Assembly: GCA_030295235.1 (NCBI GenBank)
Contig: AP026164.1
Span: forward strand, 1,364,001 to 1,428,000
Source of the DNA: Fistulifera solaris
Lineage: Eukaryota
Reading direction: 5' to 3'
DNA length: 64,000 bases
Every line of letters starts with the position of its first letter. Position 1 is the first letter of the stretch. Shown one piece after another: positions 1 through 12,334 of the stretch. Under the pieces are notes generated by a model. That model searched no databases. It was not told the origin of the DNA and saw nothing but the letters and a program-made list of their open reading frames with translations. The position numbers and the translations under genes were made by a program.

Positions 1-71
1 AAAAAGACTACACTAATTTCCGGAAAGTGTTGCGTTCAGTGTGACTGAAGTTAAAGTTAATGTTTTAATTT

Positions 72-701
72 ATTACTCATTACTCATTACTCATTACGAT
101 TAAGAATTTCCGATTAGAAACTAGAAAAGTATCCCGTACCAGGTATTGGCAAAGCTAGGTAGTAGCAACTGGCAACTGGAAATCGACAATTGGCAATCGA
201 CAATCAATAGTTGGCAATTGGCCATTCGAAATTCGAAAAAATGAAGTCATTTGTCATTTGGGGTTACTGAGTTCGGTCCTACAGAGATGTACCAAGTAAT
301 ATTATCTACGGATGCTGGAACCTGGAACAGGTTACAGTTGGTAAGCTGAAAACGTGAAACATAGAACAAGTCATAAGATGGGGTTATAACTTGGAACTAA
401 TTACTTCGCATCTCCGCATCCCGCATCCGGTCATGAGGGCAATTACAAATTACTAACAACTAAGAAATAATGAAAGGACTATCAAGATGAACGAATATCA
501 TCAAGCATCCCATTCAAGCATCAAGCATCGACCAGCAACCAGCAACCAGTCACATTCACGTGAGATGTGACAGGTCACGGGTCACGTAGATTAGCTATCA
601 GTACCACTGAGAAACCAATAAATAATGTAAGGTTTTACCGGCATAAATAAGATAAAGAAGCCCTAAAATTCCACGCCCTGCTTGACGTGCAGAGTGCAGA
701 G
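72..701. repeat. Cluster of at least 11 unrelated 7-bp tandem duplications
   Basis: Examples: (attactc)x3.7 at 72-97, gcaactg x2 at 165, gtcattt x2 at 246, ctggaac x2 at 315, ccgcatc x2 at 414, tcaagca x2 at 514, accagca x2.7 at 531, ggtcacg x2 at 573, gtgcaga x2 at 687. Confidence 0.85.
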
Positions 702-791
702 ATCCTTTTAGCCTTCAAAATAACCTCCCAGCTCCCATTTGCCATTTATAAAGACTCTGCGTTTTGAGAAGTGAAACATCCTAACAGCACG

Positions 792-2069
792 ATGAACGAT
801 CATTACAAAGTTTCTCCCCTAAGTTCCCCTGCGACTACGAGCACCGACCGTTCTGACTCTTCCGCGCAAAGCGCTGAAACCAAGAAGATGCCAACGAAAG
901 CGCGAAGGTCGTGGAAGAAACCTGCTGTAAGTATGATCAAGGCTATTTGGGGCCTCTGCAAGACAGTGTCACTCATCGGTCTTTTCTTTCTTGTACATCG
1001 CAATAAACAGGGAATGCCTCGTCGGCCTCTTTCAGCCTATAATCTATTCTTCAAGGAGGAAAGAAAGAAACTTTTAGGCGGAGAGGATGCAGAAGGTGAT
1101 AGTTTAGTTACTTCAAAACGGAAGCACCGAAAAACGCACGGTAAAATCGGCTTTGCTGATCTGGCCAAAAGCATCAGTCAGACATGGCATGATCTCAAGA
1201 AAGAAGAGAAGCACAAGTATGAAAATGAAGCTAAAAAGAGAAAACAAGAATACTTTCTTCAGCTTCAAGAGTACAAGGCAAAGAACGCTGAACAAGAATC
1301 CACGTCGAAAGATGACGACCGCTCTGATTATGCAGCGGTGCTCGTGTCAATGTCTCGGGTCACTACTGATTCTTCAATGGCACGGACTGCTTCCTTCAAT
1401 AAAACCAGAGTTGCCGAAAATGTTGAAGTCCCCTTTGTTCGCTCTTCGGCTACTTCAAATGAAAGTGAACAAGAAAAATTGTTGGAAGACTCGGTAAATC
1501 GCCCACGCGTCGCTGAAAACTTTGCAAGCACGACCGAGTCTAATGATTTGAAGCACAAATGTGCTATTCCTGTAGCTCAACCGACAATGGCAATAGCTCC
1601 TATGCAACTAGCACACGATGTGGCAATAAGGAATTTGATTATGGTGAACTCGGTTCAGGGGCCTCTCACAGCCTCAGTTCCGCTTATAGGCAATCTACAG
1701 CAAGTATCACAGCTAAACCAAGGAACAGGTAACCTTTTGCAACCCAACCTATTCAGTCCTTTGGGAAGTTGTTCTCAGAACTTAATTCAGTGGGTCAATC
1801 CTCGACTAGTTACTCAGCAGCGTTGTCTGAATGTAACTGGTGTCGCACAGAACCCGGTCACCAGGCTCACGTTTTCGAACCAGCAAGCGCTCTTTGGTGA
1901 TTCGGGTTTGCTTTATGGTCGTGTCTTGCCGATTCAAAATCAAATCCGCACCGTTTCAGTTCAACCGCCTCTGGCCGGGAACTCACAAAACAGCATGTTG
2001 CAGCAACAAGCGAATGTTCAGAACTTGATCTTGTTATCTCGGCTACAGGAGCACGGCATTCGCTTGTGA
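792..2069 (+). CDS. HMG-box transcription factor (2 exons; intron 927-1010)
   Basis: ATG at 792. Removing an 84-nt GT-AG intron (gtaagt...aaacag) gives WKKPA|GMPRRPLSAYNLFFKEER...HGKIGFADLAKSISQTW, a typical HMG box, followed by a Q/N-rich low-complexity tail. Confidence 0.9.
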   Translation: MNDHYKVSPLSSPATTSTDRSDSSAQSAETKKMPTKARRSWKKPAVSMIKAIWGLCKTVSLIGLFFLVHRNKQGMPRRPLSAYNLFFKEERKKLLGGEDAEGDSLVTSKRKHRKTHGKIGFADLAKSISQTWHDLKKEEKHKYENEAKKRKQEYFLQLQEYKAKNAEQESTSKDDDRSDYAAVLVSMSRVTTDSSMARTASFNKTRVAENVEVPFVRSSATSNESEQEKLLEDSVNRPRVAENFASTTESNDLKHKCAIPVAQPTMAIAPMQLAHDVAIRNLIMVNSVQGPLTASVPLIGNLQQVSQLNQGTGNLLQPNLFSPLGSCSQNLIQWVNPRLVTQQRCLNVTGVAQNPVTRLTFSNQQALFGDSGLLYGRVLPIQNQIRTVSVQPPLAGNSQNSMLQQQANVQNLILLSRLQEHGIRL

Positions 2070-2186
2070 AGAAACAAGGTGTAAGCATGGTAGATGTTAT
2101 GCGACAATGCCGGACAGAAGATGTCTTTTATATTTAATACTTTTGTGGTCAATAACTTGCTGATTTCCAACTAGCATTATCAGCTA

Positions 2187-4427
2187 TCATCTCAACGTGA
2201 AATCCCATGTTTGTTCCGTTTTTAGTTTGTAAGCGACATCCTTTGGTCGATTTACATCCCAGACTGCAGTTTCTACAGATTCTCGGAAATGGCAGACTTC
2301 GTATGACTCCTTTGCAGACATAGAATCCCACAGAAAAGTGTTGACGTTGAACAAAGACGAATTTGGTATGCCTTCCTTTCTTGACTCTTTGCGGTCGTCC
2401 AAGTTTCCGTGCAGGGACAGTTGTACAATCATATGGTTCGTACCAACTATGGATTCCGAGCTGTCTCTGTTTGTATCAGTTTTGGCAGGTGATCGTTGAG
2501 TAAATTCAATGGATTGACTAGCAGCATGAATCAAACTTCGAACAGCGCACGGTAAAATGATACCGCTAACCTCTGCAGCATCGTAGTAATCACCAGGTCT
2601 ATGCTCTACCTCCAAGTTCGAATAATGAACGTCGAGTTGTTTCAAAGAAGCATTCAGAAATGGACCAAGTTTCCGACAAAGAAGAAGCGGAAGCTCTGGC
2701 GATAAGCCATTCGTTTTCGATGGTTTCATCTTTGGATCTTTCTTGATAGTATCATCAGAGCAAACTTGACCACACGTTTTGTGATAGACATCGTAAAACT
2801 TTTCACAGTCGGCAAATCCGGAGACAAACAAAGGTGAGACAAGTTTAGGAGTAGGTGTGATTTTGCGAGCAGTTGCTGAGATCGATACGTCTGCGCCGGC
2901 TGTCTTTCCACAAACTTGTGCCAGTCGTAGTGCAACCAAATCCTCATCCAAATTGCAAGCAGTGCTATCTTTTTCGTGATTTTCTTTGGTGACCGACTGT
3001 GTGGTTTGTTCATCAAATGCGTTACTCTTTCTAGAGTACCGCTCGAGCACTTTCCATGTGACCCCGAGAGAACGGAGCTTCTCACGCTGCTCCGGCGTTG
3101 TGGACGAAATGATAATCTCAGGGACAAGTTCCGCTTTCTTGACTAATTTGGACGACTTGCTCGAAATTCCGACCTTGAATAAAACAGTATGTTCCTTTCG
3201 CTGCGCATAAAAGTACGTAGCAGCCACTTCTTCAGCAAATGCGTCGTGGTTCTCCATTTGTTTCTCGCATTGCAATTTGACACGTTCGATCCAAGACGTA
3301 TAGAGTGACATGAATGCTTCTTGCCATTCCTTTTCGTGTGCTGAGTGTAACTCTGCACCCGAAGTCCTCGTTTGTGCGCCTTTGGTAAACGCCATGGCTG
3401 GCATGCTGTTGGATCTAGAAAATCCCATTCGGCTGAGTGAGGAAATATGGGCGTTTGCACTCGTACGCGAATGTAAAGTATCTTTTCTTGCAGATGCCTG
3501 ATCGGGAAGACCGGCCGGATATTGCCAAAAGAAGAGTCCTTGCTGCCATTGCATCGATGCATCCTCGAGCTTTTGTTTTGTATTATGGTGTTGTGAGTTG
3601 GTCGTCGGTAATTGTGGCATGGGAGCAATAAATTGGACCAGTGCCTTTTGTTGCGTCAATGGTGTGTAGTGGTGTAGACTGTGACCTGGTGAACACTCGA
3701 GCTCAAGTTTTGATTTGAGCGTCCAATCAATCCATTTGGCTTCACCCGAAAGCGATAACGTGGCTTGATGCCATTCTCGCTCATGGCGTGGAGTGCTGGA
3801 TGCGTAGCGAGGTGTCATAGGCGTCTTAGGGGTCATAGGCGTTGAGGGGGCGCGTCGGTTTACCTGAAATGGACTGGTTACCGAGTTGACAAAGTTCATC
3901 AAGTTAAAGCCTCCTGGGCTAGGTGCTGTTTTGTTATGAAATAATCCCGATGTTTGAGGTGTAGAAGGTTCTCCCGATTTCCATTGCTGTACGTTGCTCA
4001 TGACGGCACCGAAAAAAGACGATCTTCCTTTCGCAACATTGTTGTGGTTTATTGATTTCTCAGGGCTTTGAAAAGTCCGGGATGACGCTTCCTGTGTCTC
4101 TTGACTAGATGGCAGCAAGGTTGCAGTTTCGAACGTAGACTCCGTTGCTTCATTTTGAAATAACCGAGATTGCGACAAAGAAGATCCCCCTTCCTTGCTA
4201 CTGAGACTACGCAGACGTTTGGAACTTTGACTGTTTTTCTCTTTGCTATCGAAAGACTTGGAACTAGCGGGGGCTTCAAACAACAGTGATTTGCGGCTGT
4301 CCGATGTGGAAGGTGTCGGGGGTACGCTGGGTTGTTTCGGTCGCTTCAGTAAACTAGCATCGGGTGACTCAAACACTTGATTCTCTGCGGATCGCCGTCG
4401 CTTTCCTTTGATCTTTGTAAAATCCAT
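2187..4427 (-). CDS. DONSON: DONSON (downstream neighbour of SON)-like replication protein
   Basis: 746-aa ORF with a disordered N-terminus, then blocks resembling Donson: IDWTLKSKLEL, WQEAFMSLY, YFY...HTVLF, IISSTTPEQREKLRSLGV, GPFLNASL, GIILP. Confidence 0.75.
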   Translation of the reverse strand: MDFTKIKGKRRRSAENQVFESPDASLLKRPKQPSVPPTPSTSDSRKSLLFEAPASSKSFDSKEKNSQSSKRLRSLSSKEGGSSLSQSRLFQNEATESTFETATLLPSSQETQEASSRTFQSPEKSINHNNVAKGRSSFFGAVMSNVQQWKSGEPSTPQTSGLFHNKTAPSPGGFNLMNFVNSVTSPFQVNRRAPSTPMTPKTPMTPRYASSTPRHEREWHQATLSLSGEAKWIDWTLKSKLELECSPGHSLHHYTPLTQQKALVQFIAPMPQLPTTNSQHHNTKQKLEDASMQWQQGLFFWQYPAGLPDQASARKDTLHSRTSANAHISSLSRMGFSRSNSMPAMAFTKGAQTRTSGAELHSAHEKEWQEAFMSLYTSWIERVKLQCEKQMENHDAFAEEVAATYFYAQRKEHTVLFKVGISSKSSKLVKKAELVPEIIISSTTPEQREKLRSLGVTWKVLERYSRKSNAFDEQTTQSVTKENHEKDSTACNLDEDLVALRLAQVCGKTAGADVSISATARKITPTPKLVSPLFVSGFADCEKFYDVYHKTCGQVCSDDTIKKDPKMKPSKTNGLSPELPLLLCRKLGPFLNASLKQLDVHYSNLEVEHRPGDYYDAAEVSGIILPCAVRSLIHAASQSIEFTQRSPAKTDTNRDSSESIVGTNHMIVQLSLHGNLDDRKESRKEGIPNSSLFNVNTFLWDSMSAKESYEVCHFRESVETAVWDVNRPKDVAYKLKTEQTWDFTLR

Positions 4428-5445
4428 ACCTTTCTAGAGAAGACTTATAGCAGGTTTTCCCAAACCTTCATATTGTGGATCTATGAGCAACACTACCTGG
4501 TAACAGCAAATTTCCAGCAAAAACACACGTGAACTCATGAATGAAACCAGTCATACCATACATGTGGGGACGATGATTTACCGGTACGTACGTGGTATCT
4601 GGTACAGTACCTGATAACACTGGTACAAGTATTTGTTTGCTGAATTGTGAACAACCTGATCCCCAATACAGGAGACGCGAGACGCAAGCTCGTCAAAACA
4701 AAAATTGAAAGGTTCAAAAAAAGCATCATGATAATAACAGAGCACGACAACGCATAATCTAAAATGTATTTCTTATCCCAACCCTTCGAACGATAGACCG
4801 GTGCATATTCAAGAACATGTTACAGAACAACAGCGATGATGGCAGCAGTTGAAGGCGCTGTGATTGACTGTTACTTGTCGTCGATGGCTGCAACAGAATC
4901 AATGGTTGATCGCTCATGATGAAGAGGGGTGATCTTGTATTTTCTCACTCAATTCAACATGTTAAAACAGTATCAAGTGGCTGCGGTAAGTTTTTCTTTG
5001 AAGTTTTTACTGCCCGGGTTTGACGGCGAAAATGGCACCTACATATATCAAAGCAAGCAAGGTTTGAAACGACACACATAAGTGCCGGATACGATTTCCA
5101 CACCTGGAGGCTTGTTGATATCGACTCGTATTACGCGAGGACGGTGGAAAGGAAGGACGACTACACCTTCTTACTTTTCAGCGTTGCCAATATTATTGTG
5201 ATTCTATGCTATTGTGCACCAACTTTCGAAAAGGGTAAGTCTTGCAATATTTTCAATGACATTATCATTTATGATTCGCTCATTATCTGTCTCCGTCAAT
5301 TCCAACTCAATTTTTAGTTTCCCGCGACGAGAATGTGGCGAGAGAAGTGACTTGAGTTGGACATTTGTTCTACTAATCGAAATAAAGCGCGAACGGCTCA
5401 AAACTCATCATTCGTTTGCTTTCCGTTCTCACAGATGCACGGACG

Positions 5446-8400
5446 CTAAAACAATTTCGCGTTGATGCGTCCCCAGTATTGCTTGTTGCACTTTTCATGA
5501 AATTTGCCGACTTCCGAATCGCAGAAGTCTTCAATATCTTGGGGGTCAACGTCAGGGCGCCCTTTCGAACTGTTGCTTTCTCCGGTTCCAATTACTTTGA
5601 TTATGAGCATGCGACGCGGAGTTCCGGGCATGAACCATTTGTCAAAGGCACTCATCACATCGTTCTTGGTGATACTTCGCAATACGACGGCTTCATTACG
5701 CCATGCTTGCCATTCGAAACGACCATCTGCTATCTCGTCCCAATACGAACTCGTTTCCTCCGAAAGAGAATTGAACATATCCAGTTTTTGTGTCGCCACG
5801 GCTACAACATGGGAGTAAAAGACATCGTTGGGCATCTCCAGAAGCGTTTCGCGAAATTCAGTCAAGAAACGGTCCACGCGCTCCACAACTTCCTCGGCAC
5901 TCTTCACGCTCGTCACCACTTTGAACAGGATACCGGTGATTCCCCACGACCAGCGCTCACTACAAGAGACATCGTAGCCGAACTGATCTTTTGTTCGAAG
6001 TTGGTCGAACATGGGCTCGTCCATAATATGAACCAGCAGATCGATCAATGTACGCTCGCGGAGGTTGTCCTTGCCGATTTGCAAGTAAAGCTCTACGGCC
6101 GTGTTGGGCTCCTGCGGATCTTTCGAAGGAACGAGAATAACGGATGGTGTCTTCGACGCCGGGATGCGCAGGACAGATTGGGGAGGATATTGCTTCCGAG
6201 GTAGTTCACATGGCCCGGACTCCTTCAATAAAGATACTATCAGGGTCTTCATATCGTCAGCACTTTTTCGGTCGAAATTCCCATGCAGCAAACTTTCGAC
6301 GCAGACCTGGGAAAAGATATCGTGGATAGTCTGGCAGAATAATTCAACACTAATATTTTCCATCGCTTTTGACTTTTGGCTTGTTGACCAGACGGTGGGC
6401 CGTAATGCCTTCATCCTAATGCTGGACGCTTGGCCGGAAGAGGTCATCTCGGAGTTCTTGTAGCTTCGCCGTTGAATTTCCAAGCAAACATCAAATCTGT
6501 CCTTAGCTATAAAGGAAGGAAGCTCACCGTCACTTTTTCGGAAGCTTAAGATTGTTTGTAAGGTCGTTATAAGTAAATCTTTCATCTTGTCGTTAAAGCC
6601 GTGCAGTCGTAAGCCAAAACCGGAGTCGATAACGGAAAGCGATGTAAACAGCTCACAAAGCTCAGCCTGATACCTAGCTCCCGTAAGCGTATCCAAACAC
6701 AACTGGACCATAAGCTCGGCACATGCCATGTGAAGAGGTGAAGCATTCGCCTTCTGGCAAATGAGCTGCATCCGGAAATCAGCGAAAGGCCGGTGGAAGG
6801 TACGGTCCTGTATCCACCAGAGCTTGAGAGTGTTTGTGTCGGAAATCGGTAAAGGGAGGCGGTGTAGGGGCGCAGGGGGATCAATGGGAGGAAAACTCTT
6901 ACCCTCCAAGACGTCGAAGTCGCTTTCATCCCCAAGCAACCTGCGCGGCTTGCCACTCAATGACAAAGATAAAATCCTAAACTTGGTCTTCTTCTTGTCC
7001 ATTGTTCCTTCAAAGCCAGTAAAAACGTTCTCTGCCGTAAAGAAAGATGGTTCATCATCCAATTCGTACCACATTTTCTCTTCGTCCTCGTATGAAACTA
7101 GAACGGCATTTTTTGTCTGGTCGTACTGGAGAACCAATCCAGGCAACCATTGCTTGGATTTACCAACAAGTATGCAAAGTTTTATTGAACTATTTAGCAG
7201 AATATGCCGCGTGTCATTTGCAGGGAGGGGCATAAGACCCAAGTTTTCAGGGATAAATGGATTACGTGGTGGCAGGAATAGTGCAGAAGTCGCTGGTTTC
7301 GGGTCTCTCATGGCAGCAAGCTCATCTAGCCACTGTTGAGTGATAGAATGGCACCAGAAACGTGTGCCGAACATTGGTTCGACTTGAGGAGGATTCGCTG
7401 TGGACGGATGAAAATCACCGTCATCTTTGTCGGTGACAAGCTCCTCAATCATGGTAGATTGCGATGATGACTCTTCGTTTTTGAAATCCGCTGCCCTACC
7501 ATACGACGACGATGTGAGTTCAATACGACAATTTATGGGCGTAAAGAACGTTTCCAGTAAATCGCGGACCAAGTCTGGTCGAAATTCGAAAAACAATGAG
7601 TTACCGTCCAATATTCTTTCCGGAGGAAGCATCAAATGGGGTGCCATGTTGTCGACGATTTCGTCAACAAGTTCGTCTGGAGAGCTTTCGTTCTGAAATC
7701 GATATATTAAATCATGAATCTGCTTTAGTTCTTTGTAAATCCAATCAGGCCATCCATTTCTCGAGTAGTATCTCAGCATGCCGATGTACTCATATACCAT
7801 CGCCACAATTGATCGCCATTGCGCCAAGCCCTTCTCAGTAAGATTAAAACTGAAGGAAAATAGCGCGTGAGTGCTGGCTACTTCACTTCCATCGTCGCCG
7901 ATACCAGCCATGCATGAAGCAACTAGACCCTGGTCACGAAACAAAGCAAAGAGCGAGCCAGGACCTTCATGACCCAAAAGATGTGAAAGAAAATCACCTG
8001 TAAAAGACGGCGACAACTCAGAAGTCAGATGCTAAGCAACGCTAAAGGTCTGAAAGAGTTAAAGTTGTACTTACATGGCTTGCTTCTCCAATTTTCAAAC
8101 TGTGGCGGAAGTTGCCATACAAGGCATAAGCTGTGACGATCCTTGACAGGTACGATCCGAAATATTCTTGCCATACTCTGCTCCTCCAGTGCGGGGCCAT
8201 ATTCCAAGATCGGTGCTCGGTAGGATGCATTCCAGTTTCCAATTTCCGAAGGCTCCACTGGAAGTGAGAAGGGTCCATTTTCCCTGGGTAACGGAGGAAT
8301 TTCTGAGAAGATCTTAGTAACCTTCGCCTCCAATTCGTCCAGTGTGTAAGCGCCAATAACAGCGACCCGCATATTGGCCCCGTAGTAGTATTGGTTGAAA

Positions 8401-9390
8401 AACGATCTCATTTCTTTCAGCGGTTCAATACCATCTCTTTTGGGAAATTCAGACAAGCTCTTCAAATTTCCCCAACCGAATTTCGCGATTGGGTGATCTT
8501 TTTTCGCAGTAGAACAAAGAAGCTGCTGTCTCCTGCAACTGTCTGAGTTCTTATGCAGTTCGAACTCGGACTCGATGGAATTCAATTCACGGTCGACAGC
8601 GGATTCAAGCAAGAGCGGTGAAACGAAATGCTGAGCAAGACGATCGAGGGCAGGCCAAAGAAACGGCTGAGGGATCGACAGATTGTACGTGGTTTTCTCC
8701 CACTCAGTACACGCGTTGTCTGATCCACCATTTCTAGCAACGAAGCCTTCGTAAGAGTTCTCTTCTGGGTATTTATGACTACCCATAAAAAGGAGATGTC
8801 TTGTATGTTTTGTAAGTCAAAAAAAAGGAAATTTGTTAGTACTCGATCAGTCCGAAGGTAGATCCATGTCTGTCAATTGCGCTTACTCTAGAAAATGAGC
8901 CTTGCAAGTAGTCAAGCATTAGTGTGTTAGAAGGTGCTAGGTTTCGGAGGGAAAGACTAATAGTTGGTTTCTTAGAACTTACCATTCCCTGGCAATTCGG
9001 GGGATCGAACATCGAACCCGCCCCAACAAGAACCGCAGCTGCTGCATCTCGTACACCATCATTGGATTCGCTATCAACACTTCGTTCCTTTCCTCTGTTC
9101 CCATTCGTCCCTCCTCCTCCTTCTTCTTGGCTTTCAGTCGTCCCATCATCAGAAACGCTTCCCTCATCAATCTCATCATCAATATCGTAGTAGTCGTCAA
9201 CCGAGTTCATATGCATTGCCACAGTATCTTGGATTAGTAGACACCGAATCCCATTGGGGAGAAGAATTTGACGGTAAAGCTTTTTGTCTAACTCTCCCCG
9301 GGTTGCATTCAAATCGGGACCCCAAATAGCCTTTACAGCTTCCAAAGCATCATGATGAGAAGGGTCGGCACAGCCACCTCGTGGTGTCAT
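5446..9390 (-). CDS. M16A metalloendopeptidase (insulinase/nardilysin-like); exons 9390-8983, 8900-8887, 8799-8075, 7997-5446
   Basis: Spliced reading gives AAAAVLVGAGSMFDPPNCQGM|AHFLE|HLLFMGSHKYPEENSY with the inverted HxxEH zinc motif. An acidic N-terminal insert resembles nardilysin. LLGHEGPGSL and FDQLRTKDQFGY motifs are present, and all introns are GT-AG. Confidence 0.92.
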
Positions 9391-10023
9391 TATTTTTCCA
9401 AATCAAAGATTCTATTGAACACGCGCACCCGAAACTATTCCCGTGTTATACTATGAAATATAAAAGCCTTAATTCCAATTCTGCTTAAAAGAATAAGACA
9501 AGCAAGTACACCATGCTAAATTGGAAAGAAAAATGAAGCAATTTTGATGTTAATTACCTGGTATCTCTGTTGGTTAACATCATGCGTTGCGGACGACGGA
9601 CAGACGTATACGACTCAAATATATTATCAGTCCCGTATGCTCGTCAGCAATCTCAACTACAATTGGACGCACCTAGCTTTCAGGTCCCCTCATCGGGGAC
9701 GGGTCACGTTCTCTAAATGACTGTACCACGATCTACCCTACATACTTTGTAGTGCTGACCTGCAGCAATCTGGAAACCGAAACAACGATGACCTTCGCTC
9801 AGGAGAGATAATACCCGTAATGCTAGTGAGCAGAGCCGAAGAACTATAAAAGGGATGGTTTCATATTTGCTTTCGAGACGGAATCAATAGACCCTTGATA
9901 GAAACACAACGACAAGCAAAGAGCCCACTGTTAGCCAACTAAACTTGTAATAATAATATTCAGAACGTACTACTATTACATTGACGACCGACGCCGCTAC
10001 GAAGCAATACTTGTAGACAAGTC

Positions 10024-12334
10024 TCATCTAGCCATACCTATTCCTTGCCAAGTTTGATCTCCCCGTGCTAACCCCGCAAACCTACCACCTAAAATAGACT
10101 CCACCACTGCTTCTGAAGACCTTAAGCGCCGCAATTCATGCAAAAGATCTGATCGCTCATAAAGTGGAAACATGTCCATTAGCTGTTCAAGGGCAGCTGA
10201 TTCTTCCTCCGCTGACATAGGAACTAGACCTGAAACTAACAAAATGCGGCGAAGAATCGAAGGGCGATCGCCTAGATCGCTCTCGTTGTTTGTGTTGTTT
10301 CCAACGTTGTCGTTAGCATGGAGCGGTCGTCGTACAACTTCAAACGAGAATGCAGGGAGTGGTAACCAGCCGGGAAAAACGCCTTCGGTGGAAAATCTAA
10401 AAAGTGCTCTTTCCCCCGCAGTATTGTTTGTCGTGTTGTTATCAGCAATCACCGTGCCGGTACCAGAGGTAGCAGTGCTGCCAGTGACTTGGTCACCCCT
10501 CCGCGGCGATTCGGATTGGCTACCAGCAAAATTATCAGCGTCTCGTGTAGGTTCTACTTGGGCGCTAGCAAGAGCGTGTGAGACATTATCAACATCGCCA
10601 ATAGCGGTGTTATCACCTTGCAGTCGGCCATTTCCGCGATGGTGGTGCCCATCCATTATGGATGCCCGACACAACGGACAGCGTGCCGCTTCCATCGACC
10701 TCGCTTTTTCAATTACTTGTCGAAGACATGGGGTGTGGTACAAATGGCCGCAACCAATCTTTTTCACATTGCCGCTTGTCATACTGCCTAGACAAATGCA
10801 GCACACGTCCCCCGTTGCCGTTGCTTTCCGAATTTCAATATCACTTGCATCGTCAAACCTCCCATTCATGTCGCGGGCAATCCTGAAAGGTCACGCCTCT
10901 CTGCAATCTTCTTCGATGCAGACGACAGGGCAGAGTGCACTTGCAAGGACAACACTCCATCCAATAGTGTAAGACTCAAACCTTTTTCGCACCATATATG
11001 AATGAAATGGGAAACGGTTACCAGATGATTGAGAAGTTGCAGTCCAAAGACAGCAGACTCAAGCACGAAAATGCGCTGCGTATGTTGCTGCCCCATCGCT
11101 GCGATGCTCGCCTCCAAGCGCTGTGTTTCCCGAATGTCGTCTTCATTAAGTTCAGCGCCCTCGACAGAGGAGCGCTGATGAATACGAAGTTGTTGTAATT
11201 CAAATTCATGAATGCGCTCGGCATGCTGCACTTCAACGACCTGCCCAACATGCATCAATATATGACAGATTACATCCAGTCCAAGTAGGAGACAATCGCA
11301 AGTGAGAAGCATGACTCGTTTCCATCCTACTTCGTGAAATAAAGCGACACAGAATGCGGCAGCGAGGCAGTCCGATATCAGGACCGAAACGAGTAAAACC
11401 AATACCCCGGGTCGCGGAGGCTGCCCCGACTGAATCGTGTGACGTGTCGTCCCATTACTTAGATGTGAAAGGCTGCGTAGAAACGACAAGAGCGTATACC
11501 AACTGAGTAAAATGATCAAGTCCAGGGTATCGGGCGCAACAACGGCTGAAATCAAGAGAAACTTGAACACAAGAAAACCCCCTAACCGTTCTCTCCCTAC
11601 AGAGGAAGCCCAGTCATTCGAATGGCGTAAATCGGAGCCAAGAAACCAGTCGGCAATGGCGCCGTGAATGAGAAAAGTCATGGCAAGAAAAAGATTGGTG
11701 ATAACAACAAGTCTAGGGGTGCTTGTCGTTATCTTGTCGATCAATTTCGTAAGGTTTTCAGAACTTGACTCGAAAAGAATGGATCCAGCACGCATTTCAA
11801 AAAAAGATTTGTAGGTCGAAATAAATCCGTCCGGTCGAATGCTAGATCTTTTTCCATCATGATTCGAAACACGGCTATCCGGGCGAAGCAGCCACCTCAA
11901 CAAGGGAAACTTTTCCTTTTCAACGGTTCCTCATCTTCTTCCGGTATTTCATCTGACAACTTCTCAAAAGGTACGCCCAGTCCAATGAAAGTAGCAACTC
12001 GGTTCCAATGGAAACTAATGTCGTGGAGTTCGGGAATAGTATCACTTTTTCGGTCGCTGTTACGGGCGGCTAACGAGACAGGAGGATCTGCGTACATACT
12101 CAAGTCGCCGCCTAATTTCACCGGAGAATATGCTTGCGCTGTAATGATTGCCAAGCTCGCCAAGATAATTGAAATAATGTAATAAAGGCGAGAGACTGTC
12201 AACACAGCTTCCGCGTTGGATTGTGTTCGTAGAAACAAAGGTTGAGCCGGATTTCCGAGCGCCGGTGGTGCTCGGGCTTCCTCGGGTTGCCCTGCTCGCC
12301 TCCGTCGTAGCCCTATTCCCGCGTCGTCCGCCAT
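10024..12334 (-). CDS. ERAD E3 ubiquitin ligase, gp78/AMFR/RIN2-like (multi-TM + RING + CUE); broken by apparent frameshift errors near 11900 and 10880
   Basis: Multi-TM region (FLVFKFLLISAVV...WYTLLSFLR), RING-H2 CCICLGSM...CGHLYHTPCL...CPLCR, and a C-terminal CUE-like segment LEQLMDMFPLYERSDLLHEL. Confidence 0.8.

Noticed and set aside
927..1010. Hydrophobic insert (VSMIKAIWGLC...FFLVHRNKQ) in the HMG protein suggesting a membrane-tethered TF
   Set aside because: It is an in-frame 84-nt GT-AG intron whose removal restores the HMG box start.
5416..7339. Long plus-strand ORFs (262 aa, 192 aa) overlapping the insulinase
   Set aside because: Antisense shadows of a real gene with no recognisable motifs. 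The same applies to 10172-10972 and similar ORFs.
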